Source of the DNA: an uncultured Anaerolineales bacterium
GTDB lineage: Bacteria; Chloroflexota; Anaerolineae; CG2-30-64-16
NCBI GenBank assembly: GCA_964474695.1
Contig: CAYYTK010000006.1
Coordinates: 95,526 to 159,525 of the forward strand
DNA: 64,000 nucleotides
Direction of reading: 5' to 3'
Position numbers and translations under genes: made by a program. Positions 1 to 7,869 of this stretch are shown here, piece by piece. The first letter of the stretch is position 1, and every line of letters begins with the position of its first letter. The notes beneath the pieces are model-generated. The model was not told the origin of the DNA. It searched no databases and was given only the letters and a program-made list of their open reading frames with translations.

Positions 1-234
1 ATCGAGCAACTGCCCGACGCGCCCCAGCAAGTAGGTTACCTGGCCGCCGTGGCGATGCAGGTCGACAACAGGGAAAAGCAAGCGCTTCTGGACAACGCTT
101 CCCTCTCCAACGTTTTGCAGATGGAGTTGACGCTTTTGAACCGGGAGAATGCTTTGTTGAACTGGATGGTGGGCAGCAAATCGTGGCCCGAGCAGGCGCA
201 GTTTGGGGTCAGTGGGACGCTGCTTCCGAATTGA
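1..234 (+). CDS. 3' terminal fragment of a protein-coding gene (product unknown), truncated by window start
   Basis: Frame-1 reading frame is open from base 1 to TGA at 232-234 (...LLNRENALLNWMVGSKSWPEQAQFGVSGTLLPN*). No motif recognised. Confidence 0.35.
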   Translation: MEQLPDAPQQVGYLAAVAMQVDNREKQALLDNASLSNVLQMELTLLNRENALLNWMVGSKSWPEQAQFGVSGTLLPN

Positions 235-435
235 ATCGACTCAAAGGCGAAATTTTGACATTCCGGGCGCGTGATGGTAGAATCCGCTCTAGTCGTGAAT
301 GTCACGATGGATTGTCAGGGAGTTCGACAGTTACCAGCCACCGCTGCTGTACGTCTAGCCCGGTGGTTTTTTGTCACCCTGTCCTGAGTGATGGCTTTCA
401 CGACGATCAGTATCACTCCTAGGAGGCACTTTCGT

Positions 436-645
436 ATGGAGAGCACAGGCGTCGTTAAGTGGTTTAGCCGGAGCAAGGGCTATGGCTTCATCTCGCCCGA
501 TGGCGGGGAGAAGGATGTGTTTGTCCACTATTCTAATATCCTGGGCGATGGGTTCCGCAACCTGGATGCGGGCGAACGGGTGAGTTTTGTCATTGAGGAC
601 ACCCCCAAGGGACCTCAGGCAGTCAGTGTGACCCACCTGTCCTGA
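436..645 (+). CDS. cspA: cold-shock protein (CspA family)
   Basis: [33 protein letters not shown]... is a classic CSD with RNP motifs. ATG at 436 is preceded by AGGAGG at 421-426. The ORF-track start at 388 is an upstream in-frame extension. Confidence 0.9.
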   Translation: MESTGVVKWFSRSKGYGFISPDGGEKDVFVHYSNILGDGFRNLDAGERVSFVIEDTPKGPQAVSVTHLS

Positions 646-671
646 TCGCAGGACACACATCAAAACGATCC

Positions 672-704
672 AGCCCCCGGCCCTGCTGTCGGGGGCTTGT
701 ATTT
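672..704 (+). terminator. putative rho-independent terminator of the csp gene
   Basis: Stem AGCCCCCG (672-679) / CGGGGGCT (690-697) followed by TGTATTT. Confidence 0.4.
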
Positions 705-791
705 AAGGCACTTGCCAAGCCCTTAGATCGGGTGTAGAATGCCGCGTAGCCGGAAGCGAACGCAGCCGCGCAGGGCACGAAATGGTTATCT

Positions 792-1901
792 TTGGGAAAG
801 AGTGCGTATGGCGCGGGAGTGGGTGTGACGTCGATTCGTCCGTTTGGCCTCAACGATATCTGGTTGGTGCGTGATCTTCAGCGCAGCGGTGTGGTGTTGG
901 CGATTGAGCAAGCTCTGACCCATCCGCATCAGCCGCTTTGGACGGCGCTGACGGCCCCCTGGCCGTGGGCAGGCGTAGGTATTGCCACGTTTGTCCTGGA
1001 CCAAAAAGCTGGGGATCGTCCTCTGACCGGGTTCGTACAAATGATGAAGCGCGCAACTCGCCCGGAGGCAGATCTGCTTCACCTGGCGCCGGCCGCATCA
1101 GCGACGCCATCCGGCCAGGCAGGTTTCGAAGTTTGGCGCCAACTCCTGAGCCACTGTTCCTTGGCCGCGGCCAGCCATGGCCTCCAGCGCGTTTTTGCCA
1201 GTACGCCTGTTGGTTGCCCCGAAGAAGCATGCCTCAAGGATGTTAGCTTCAGCCTCTACACTCGGGAAACGGTCTATCGTCGAGCTGAGAGCCCTGCAGA
1301 GCTGCTCGCAACAAGCAGCCCGGCTGCAGGCTCTCGTGAACAACTGCCTCAGGATAGCTGGGCGCTGCAACGGCTTTATGTGCGCAGCACACCGAAGCTG
1401 GTTCAGCAAGCTGAAGGCGCCCTTACCGGCGAGGTGGGTTCGCCCATGCTCTCCGGGAGTTTGCTGCCCTGGTGGGAACCCGGCCATTGGCGGGGTGTCG
1501 TATGGGAGCCGGCCGGCGAAGTGCGCGGCGCAGTGCAAGTTCACATCGGTCGCGCCGGCCACTGGTTGCGTATGTGGGGCACCAACGAGATGGTCGCGCG
1601 CGATCTGCGCACGCTGGTGTCTCAAGGCCTGCGCCAGATCGACCTGTCGACGCAGGCGGCGTTCCGACGCGGCGGCCGGCCCGTGCCGGTCTATGCGACA
1701 GTCCGAGATTATGAGATCGGCTTGAGCGGCGCCCTGATTGGCTTTGGCTTTGCGCCGTTTATGGAGCGGTATCGCTTTGTCAGGCACGTGTTGGCGGCAG
1801 TCCGCGACCCGGCGCCTGTGCCGGCGTCTGCGCCGTTGGCCGCTCGCGAGGTGCGCCAGGAAGTGCCGGTCCGCATCGGTCGCGGTGTTCAAGGGAATTA
1901 G
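792..1901 (+). CDS. hypothetical protein (no recognisable motif)
   Basis: 369-aa ORF with coding-like composition. The annotated start is TTG, so the true start may be one of the in-frame GTGs at 825/831. The opposite-strand ORF 1098..1892 is Arg-rich low-complexity shadow. Confidence 0.4.
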   Translation: MGKSAYGAGVGVTSIRPFGLNDIWLVRDLQRSGVVLAIEQALTHPHQPLWTALTAPWPWAGVGIATFVLDQKAGDRPLTGFVQMMKRATRPEADLLHLAPAASATPSGQAGFEVWRQLLSHCSLAAASHGLQRVFASTPVGCPEEACLKDVSFSLYTRETVYRRAESPAELLATSSPAAGSREQLPQDSWALQRLYVRSTPKLVQQAEGALTGEVGSPMLSGSLLPWWEPGHWRGVVWEPAGEVRGAVQVHIGRAGHWLRMWGTNEMVARDLRTLVSQGLRQIDLSTQAAFRRGGRPVPVYATVRDYEIGLSGALIGFGFAPFMERYRFVRHVLAAVRDPAPVPASAPLAAREVRQEVPVRIGRGVQGN

Positions 1902-1912
1902 TTTCTTGAGGG

Positions 1913-3550
1913 TTGAATCGAATCAGTATGCAACAACGTAAGATCACAGATGATCTGGATGTCCTCCTGCAGGTCCTGCCGGCGCCCATCGAGCAGGCGC
2001 TGCGGGCTGCGAATCAAGGCGATAACCTGTTGGAAGTCGTCATGGACCTGGGGCGGGTGCCAGAAGCCAGGTTCGTGGATCATGAGGTGGTGCTGAGCCC
2101 ACGCGAGATCACGGAAGAGGATCTCAGCTATGTCATTGCGCGCATCGGCGAGTTCACCGGTGACAATCGCGCGGGCATCGAGCGAACCCTGCACCGCATC
2201 TCGTGCATCCGTAATCGCCAGGGCCGCGTGATCGGCTTGACGTGTCGCGTTGGCCGGGCCGTACACGGCGTGATCGATATCATCGAGGATATCGTCAAGT
2301 CGGGGCAGAGCATCCTTTTGCTGGGCCGGCCCGGGGTCGGCAAGACGACGCTGCTGCGAGAAGCCGCGCGCATCTTGAGCGAGAAGCAGCGCGTCATCGT
2401 GGTGGATACCTCCAATGAGATCGGAGGCGATGGTGATATCCCCCATCCGGCCATCGGCCGCGCGCGGCGGATGCAGGTGGCCGCGCCTGAGCAACAGCAT
2501 GAAGTGATGATCGAGGCCGTCGAGAACCACATGCCGCAGGTCATCGTTATCGACGAGATTGGCCGGGAACAGGAGGCCGCTGCCGCGCGCACCATCGCGG
2601 AGCGCGGCGTGCAGTTGGTGGGCACCGCGCACGGCAACACCCTGGAGAACTTGCTCATTAATCCGACGCTTGCGGACCTCGTGGGCGGCATTGAAAGCGT
2701 GACGCTGAGCGATGAAGAAGCGCGGCGTCGCGGCACCCAGAAAGCGGTCCTGGAGCGCCGCGCCCCGCCGACCTTCGACGTCTTGATCGAAATCCAGGAC
2801 CGTCAACGGATGGCTGTGCATCACAATGTTGCCGCATCGGTGGATGCCATCCTACGCGGGCGCGCCTTGCAGCCGGAAATCCGCTCGCGGGACGCGAGCG
2901 GGCAGGTGAGCATCGAGAAAGCGCCTGCTCTGCCGCTGGAGCCGCGAGTAAACACGCCTGCTCCGGCCAGAATGACTATGGGGCGGCTGCCGTTCGACAG
3001 GCATGGCAATGAGCGAGCCTACCCTTCGACCGAACAGCGTTCGGCCGAAGGGGCGGACCTGGCCCCAGGCGCCGCACGCCAGCAGATTCGGGTGTTGCGA
3101 GTGTATCCCTACGGCGTCGGCCGCGGCCGCCTGATTCAGGCAGCCCAGAATCTTGGGTTAGCCGTGACCCTTGTGGATGCCCTTGAGCAGGCCGACGTGG
3201 TTGTGACTTTGAAGAACTACTACCGCAAACATCCGCAGCCCATCGCCGATGCGGAGCGCCGGCGCGTCCCCGTCTACGTCTTGCGCGCCAATACGCTCAA
3301 TCAGGCCGAAGCCTGTCTGGGCGACATCTTTGGCGTGCCGGTGCAGGTGGAGGATCCGGTCGATAACGCGATGATCGAGACGCAGGAAGCCATCAGCCGC
3401 GTGCTGTCCGGCTCATCTTCGGAGGATTTGCACCCTGCCCCGGCGGATATCCGTCGGATGCAGCACGAGATGGCTCGCGCTGCCAATCTGATTTCGCACA
3501 GCTATGGCAATGAGCCGAGGCGTCGAGTGCGCATCTTTCGCGATTCGTGA
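1913..3550 (+). CDS. AAA+ ATPase of the Ycf45/SpoIIIAA-like family (R3H-domain protein type)
   Basis: Walker [14 protein letters not shown] and Walker B VIVIDEIG. Family resemblance to cyanobacterial/Chloroflexi ycf45 stand-alone ATPases. Confidence 0.75.
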   Translation: MNRISMQQRKITDDLDVLLQVLPAPIEQALRAANQGDNLLEVVMDLGRVPEARFVDHEVVLSPREITEEDLSYVIARIGEFTGDNRAGIERTLHRISCIRNRQGRVIGLTCRVGRAVHGVIDIIEDIVKSGQSILLLGRPGVGKTTLLREAARILSEKQRVIVVDTSNEIGGDGDIPHPAIGRARRMQVAAPEQQHEVMIEAVENHMPQVIVIDEIGREQEAAAARTIAERGVQLVGTAHGNTLENLLINPTLADLVGGIESVTLSDEEARRRGTQKAVLERRAPPTFDVLIEIQDRQRMAVHHNVAASVDAILRGRALQPEIRSRDASGQVSIEKAPALPLEPRVNTPAPARMTMGRLPFDRHGNERAYPSTEQRSAEGADLAPGAARQQIRVLRVYPYGVGRGRLIQAAQNLGLAVTLVDALEQADVVVTLKNYYRKHPQPIADAERRRVPVYVLRANTLNQAEACLGDIFGVPVQVEDPVDNAMIETQEAISRVLSGSSSEDLHPAPADIRRMQHEMARAANLISHSYGNEPRRRVRIFRDS

Positions 3551-3599
3551 AGCGCTGCCCGGCCAGGGGCAAGCACGGTTGGCGCGAGTTGGAGAGTGG

Positions 3600-4235
3600 A
3601 TGAAAGGGGTCTTCATCACCTTTGAGGGGCCGGAGGGCGGCGGCAAGACCACGCAGATTCGTTTGTTGGCGAGTTGGCTGCGCGAGCGCGGGCATGACGT
3701 CCTGGCTACGCGCGAACCGGGAGGAACGCGCATCGGAGATAAGGTGCGGGCCTTGCTGCTGGCTCCTGAGCACACTGAGATGCGGTCCGAGGCGGAGATT
3801 CTGCTGTTCTCCGCGGCGCGCGCCCAACTTGTGGGCGAGGTGATTCGTCCGTATCTGGCGCGCGGGGGAATCGTGCTCTGTGATCGGTTCGCCGACTCCA
3901 CGCTGGCCTATCAGGGTTACGGCCGGCAGCTTGATCTGGACACGCTGGCCGCGATTACGGCCTTTGCCACCGGCAACCTGGTGCCCGACCTGACGATCTG
4001 CCCTGACCTGCCGGTCTCAGAAGGTTTGCGGCGCAAGCAGGGCGGTGATCTGGCCGAATGGAATCGCATGGAGCGGGAGCAGCAGGCATTTCACCAGCGG
4101 GTGCGAGAGGGCTTTCTTGCGCTCGCCGCGGCCGAGCCATCGCGCTGGCTGGTGCTGGATGCACTGCAACCGGTGGATCAGTTACAGCAGTTGGTTCGGC
4201 GACGAGTTGAAACTTTGATATCGGGGGGCAAGTAA
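3600..4235 (+). CDS. tmk: thymidylate kinase
   Basis: MKGVFITFEGPEGGGKTTQ...DRF..S..AYQG is the canonical Tmk P-loop and DRY/F motif. ATG at 3600 gives the usual N-terminus. The ORF-track start at 3504 is an extension. Confidence 0.9.
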   Translation: MKGVFITFEGPEGGGKTTQIRLLASWLRERGHDVLATREPGGTRIGDKVRALLLAPEHTEMRSEAEILLFSAARAQLVGEVIRPYLARGGIVLCDRFADSTLAYQGYGRQLDLDTLAAITAFATGNLVPDLTICPDLPVSEGLRRKQGGDLAEWNRMEREQQAFHQRVREGFLALAAAEPSRWLVLDALQPVDQLQQLVRRRVETLISGGK

Positions 4236-4292
4236 CGGCGCCGCGCTTGCTACTTGCTGTGTCATCCTATCACAGGTCAGGAGGATCACTTC

Positions 4293-4619
4293 ATGAAACT
4301 CATCATGGCCATTGTCAGCAGCGACGACTCGCGCGAGGTGTTGGACCGCCTGACCAAGGCAGGTTTTCGGGCTACTGTGATCAGTACGACCGGCGGCTTT
4401 TTGCGCGAGGGGAACGCGACCATCTTTCTGGGCGTTGAAGATGAAAAGGTGCCTCAGGCCATCGAGACGGTGCGCGCCGTCTGTCGCAGACGCACGCAGT
4501 GGGTTTCACCGCTGCCCACCCTGGAAGGACCGGGACTGGAGATGGCAGAGCCGATCGAAGTCAGTGTTGGCGGCGGCGTGATGTTTTTGATGAACGTGGA
4601 GCAGTTCGTTCAGGTCTGA
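4293..4619 (+). CDS. darA: cyclic-di-AMP receptor protein DarA/PstA (YaaQ, DUF970, PII-like)
   Basis: MKLIMAIVSSDDSREVLDRLTKAGFRATVISTTGGFLREGNATIFLGVEDEKV... is strongly similar to B. subtilis YaaQ. AGGAGG lies 7 nt upstream of ATG 4293. It follows tmk as in Firmicutes. Confidence 0.85.
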   Translation: MKLIMAIVSSDDSREVLDRLTKAGFRATVISTTGGFLREGNATIFLGVEDEKVPQAIETVRAVCRRRTQWVSPLPTLEGPGLEMAEPIEVSVGGGVMFLMNVEQFVQV

Positions 4620-4621
4620 AA

Positions 4622-5032
4622 CTACATGACGCCGAAGTCATCGCTGCTAGGGGCGCCGCCAAGTTCCGGCAGCGATTTCTCGATAGTTTCAGGGTCTTCG
4701 CCCGCCTCAAGGCGGTTGACAACTTCATCGAACTCAGAGCCGAGGTCTTCACCCGTTTCGTTGGCCATCTTGCGCATGAAGTGCGCCAGCGACTTTGGAT
4801 CATTCGGCATGGCTGCCGCCTCGTCCAGCCCGGAGAGCGCGCCGGGACCGGCCAGGTCATCCAGCCGGCTCTCCTCCGAGCGCAGAACGGCAACGCGCGA
4901 GATCAGGCGGGTGAGATGGCTCCCCCCGCAGCGCGGGCAGACGGCGCTGCGGGACTGAGCGTCGTTGATGGAGCGCCAAAGCAAGCTCACGCGGCGTTGA
5001 CAATCGTGACACTGATACTCGTAAATCGGCAT
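4622..5032 (-). CDS. FmdB-family zinc-ribbon regulatory protein
   Basis: MPIYEYQCHDCQRR...CPRCGG shows the CxxC...CxxC FmdB signature with an acidic C-terminal tail. Start chosen at the MPIYEY methionine. Confidence 0.7.
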   Translation of the reverse strand: MPIYEYQCHDCQRRVSLLWRSINDAQSRSAVCPRCGGSHLTRLISRVAVLRSEESRLDDLAGPGALSGLDEAAAMPNDPKSLAHFMRKMANETGEDLGSEFDEVVNRLEAGEDPETIEKSLPELGGAPSSDDFGVM

Positions 5033-5053
5033 GGTGGCCTCAAAAGCCTTCAT

Positions 5054-5083
5054 TTGACCAGGATCGTATGTCGGTGATTATAA
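5054..5083 (+). promoter_or_regulatory. candidate sigma70-type promoter for gmk
   Basis: TTGACC (5054-5059), 17-nt spacer, ATTATA (5077-5082), about 45 nt upstream of the gmk ATG. Confidence 0.3.
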
Positions 5084-5127
5084 CCCAGGTATGAAGCACG
5101 TTCAAGTGCTGAACGGATTCTTGTGGG

Positions 5128-5802
5128 ATGCTCATGAGCTCAGTCAATTATCCCGATGTTCTAGATGCCCAGGCACAGGCCTCCCTTGCCTGGTACGAGG
5201 CTCTCCATCAGCCGCGGCCTTTGGTGGTGATCATCTCAGGGCCGTCTGGGGTGGGCAAAGACGTGACGATCCAGCAGATGCGGGATCGGGGGTACCCGTG
5301 CCACTTCGTGGTGACGGCCACTACTCGGCCGCAGCGGCCCGGTGAAGTCAACGGCGTCGACTACTACTTCCTGTCTGAGGCTGAATTTCTTGACCTGGAA
5401 GTCCGTGGCGAGCTATTGGAACACGCCCTGGTCTACGGCCAATACAAGGGGATTCCCAAGGCCGGTGTCCGCGCTGCGCTGGCTAGCGGCCAGGATGTAG
5501 TGATGCGAGTGGATGTACAGGGCGCAGCGACGGTTCGCCGGCTGCTGCCGCAGGCGGTGACCATCTTCTTGACTGCCGAATCGGAAGAGGCGCTGATCGA
5601 GCGCTTGCGGCGGCGCCGCACCGAAAACGAATTGCAACTGCGACGGCGCATCGAAACCGCACGGGCCGAGCTGCTGCGGGCTTCCGAGTTTAAATACCGG
5701 GTCGTGAACCGAGAGTGCGCATTGGATGAGACGGTGGACCAGGTGATCGCGATCATTCGAGCCGAGAAAGCGCGCCTGGATTGGCAGCCGGTGACGCTAT
5801 GA
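5128..5802 (+). CDS. gmk: guanylate kinase
   Basis: P-loop ISGPSGVGKDV and a full-length GMP-kinase domain with the TTRPQRPGEVNGVDYYF GMP-binding motif. Confidence 0.9.
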   Translation: MLMSSVNYPDVLDAQAQASLAWYEALHQPRPLVVIISGPSGVGKDVTIQQMRDRGYPCHFVVTATTRPQRPGEVNGVDYYFLSEAEFLDLEVRGELLEHALVYGQYKGIPKAGVRAALASGQDVVMRVDVQGAATVRRLLPQAVTIFLTAESEEALIERLRRRRTENELQLRRRIETARAELLRASEFKYRVVNRECALDETVDQVIAIIRAEKARLDWQPVTL

Positions 5803-6899
5803 CATCCGACCGGCCGGCGCCGCGCGTCCGGCTGCCGCTGGCGCAGCCGCGGCTCACTTACGTTTTTCTGGTCCTGGTGGCCGCAGTCTTCGTGTTGGAA
5901 ACCGTGTTGGGCGGTTCCACCAACTCGGCTACCCTGGAACGCCTGGGCGCGCAGCTCAATCTTCGCGTCGCTGACGGTGAGATTTGGCGCTTGCTCTCGG
6001 CGATGTTCCTGCACATCGGGCTGGCGCATATCGCCTTCAATGGCTGGGCGCTTTTCAGCCTCGGACGCGACATCGAGGCGTTCTATGGTTCCGTATGGTT
6101 CGCCGCGATTTTTCTGCTCGCGGGTCTGTTTGGAAACTTAGCTTATTATCTGTTGGGCGGGCCGGGTTTGTCCGCGGGCGCATCAGGCGGCGTGTTCGGG
6201 CTGATCGGCGCCGAGGTGGCGTATTTCCTGGTTAATCGTGAGCTCTTCGGAAAGTTCGGCCGGGAGCGCCTGAGTAACCTGGTGGTCTTGATCGGCATTA
6301 ACCTGGTCTTTGGCTTCACCGTCCAGGGCATCAACAATTACGCGCACCTTGGCGGACTGGTGAGCGGCTTTGCGTTAGGCCTGCTGTTGGCTCCATGCTA
6401 TGGGGTTGCCTGGGCCCTGACCGATACCGGGCCTGTGGGAACCCTGTCGGACCGTCGAGCCTTGAGCATTCGCTTGCTGGCGTTTGCTGCGGCGGTCATC
6501 TTGCTGGTTGGCGGCGTTCTGGCGGGCAATCAGCACTGGAGCGGCAGCACTGAGCTCTTGCGCCAGAGGGCTGAGATTGCCCTTGCCGCAGGTGATCTCG
6601 CCGAGGCCCAACGGTTGCTGGAACAGGCGCGTGAGGCGGACCCCGGCGATGCCGCTACGCTGTATGATCTTGGCATCGTGCATCTCCAGCAGGGTCAAGT
6701 GAGCCAGGGCGTTGCCGCGTTTGAGGCGGCCCTGAAGGCGCTCCCCGACAGCGTCGATGTCTGGTTTGGGCTGGGAATGGCGTACGCCATGGATGGGCGC
6801 GTGACGGATGCCACACAGTGGCTGGAGAAGTTTATAGCGCGCGAACCCTCAGGAGTGCGCGCTGACTATGTGCGCAGCCTGTTGAATACCCTGCAATGA
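5799..6899 (+). CDS. rhomboid-family intramembrane serine protease with C-terminal TPR repeats
   Basis: Multiple TM segments. Catalytic GASGGVFGL (Ser) and AHLGGLVSGF (His) rhomboid motifs. C-terminal TPR-like repeats. The start overlaps the gmk stop (ATGA at 5799-5802). Confidence 0.8.
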   Translation: MTSDRPAPRVRLPLAQPRLTYVFLVLVAAVFVLETVLGGSTNSATLERLGAQLNLRVADGEIWRLLSAMFLHIGLAHIAFNGWALFSLGRDIEAFYGSVWFAAIFLLAGLFGNLAYYLLGGPGLSAGASGGVFGLIGAEVAYFLVNRELFGKFGRERLSNLVVLIGINLVFGFTVQGINNYAHLGGLVSGFALGLLLAPCYGVAWALTDTGPVGTLSDRRALSIRLLAFAAAVILLVGGVLAGNQHWSGSTELLRQRAEIALAAGDLAEAQRLLEQAREADPGDAATLYDLGIVHLQQGQVSQGVAAFEAALKALPDSVDVWFGLGMAYAMDGRVTDATQWLEKFIAREPSGVRADYVRSLLNTLQ

Positions 6900-6948
6900 T
6901 CGATGTGGGCGCAAAGCGATTCTGGTTGAGCCTTGCCGGAGGTGTCGC

Positions 6949-7824
6949 ATGACTTCCTCTTCAACACAAACGCCTGCTGTTCGGCCTTCGGCGGTCGCAG
7001 GCACGTGGTATCCCGGCAGCGCGTCCGCGCTGCGGCGCACCGTCGAGGGGTACCTCGATCAAGTCCGCCCGCAGCAGTTGCCCGGACCGGTTGTTGCGCT
7101 GATCTCCCCGCATGCCGGCTACGCCTACTCCGGCGCCACGGCCGCACACGCCTATGCCCAGGTAGCCGGCGCTGATTTTTCGCGGGTCCTCCTGTTCGGC
7201 CCCCTGCACCGGCCCATTTGGGGCAGTCAGCTTGGCCCGTTCATGGTGCCCGCGGAAGCCTCCTATCGCACGCCCCTGGGTGACGTGCCGCTCGACCGGG
7301 AGTTCATCCTGGCGCTAGGGGAGAAGGTGGCTCTGACCGCAGTGCGGCGGGACGAGGAGCATTCACTGGAAATCGAGCTGCCCTTCCTGCAAGTTGTCTT
7401 GGGATCCTTCCAGCTCGTGCCGATCATGTTCGGTGAGCATGTCGGTGCGTCGGGCGCCTTGTCCAGGATCGAGCAGCTCGCGTCCGCTTTGGCAGCGCTG
7501 TGGGATGAGCGCACCTTGCTGGTGGCCAGCACTGACCTGACCCATCTGGATGATTACGGGACTGTCGTGCGGATCGACAAAAAACTGGTCGACCGGGTGG
7601 CGGCGTTTGATGTAGATGGCCTGACCGCAGCTTTGGCCGCCGAGGAGGTGCAGGCGTGTGGGGCAGCCGGCCTTGTGACGGCCCTGCGCATTGCTCGGCA
7701 GGTGGGGGCCAAGGGGGCTCAGGTGCTCGCCTATGCGGCATCAGGCGATGTCACCGGCGACAAGCGTCCAGGCACCTACACCGTCGGGTACCTGGCTGCT
7801 GCGATCTACAGGGGCGAGCACTAG
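6949..7824 (+). CDS. MEMO1-family protein (AmmeMemoRadiSam system protein B)
   Basis: AGTWYPGS...ISPHAGYAYSG is the Memo-type N-terminus. GGAGG is upstream of ATG 6949. Confidence 0.8.
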   Translation: MTSSSTQTPAVRPSAVAGTWYPGSASALRRTVEGYLDQVRPQQLPGPVVALISPHAGYAYSGATAAHAYAQVAGADFSRVLLFGPLHRPIWGSQLGPFMVPAEASYRTPLGDVPLDREFILALGEKVALTAVRRDEEHSLEIELPFLQVVLGSFQLVPIMFGEHVGASGALSRIEQLASALAALWDERTLLVASTDLTHLDDYGTVVRIDKKLVDRVAAFDVDGLTAALAAEEVQACGAAGLVTALRIARQVGAKGAQVLAYAASGDVTGDKRPGTYTVGYLAAAIYRGEH

Positions 7825-7869
7825 ATCGGCGATCACTGGGATCGGTGCGGTTGCGCTGCGGGCGGATCA

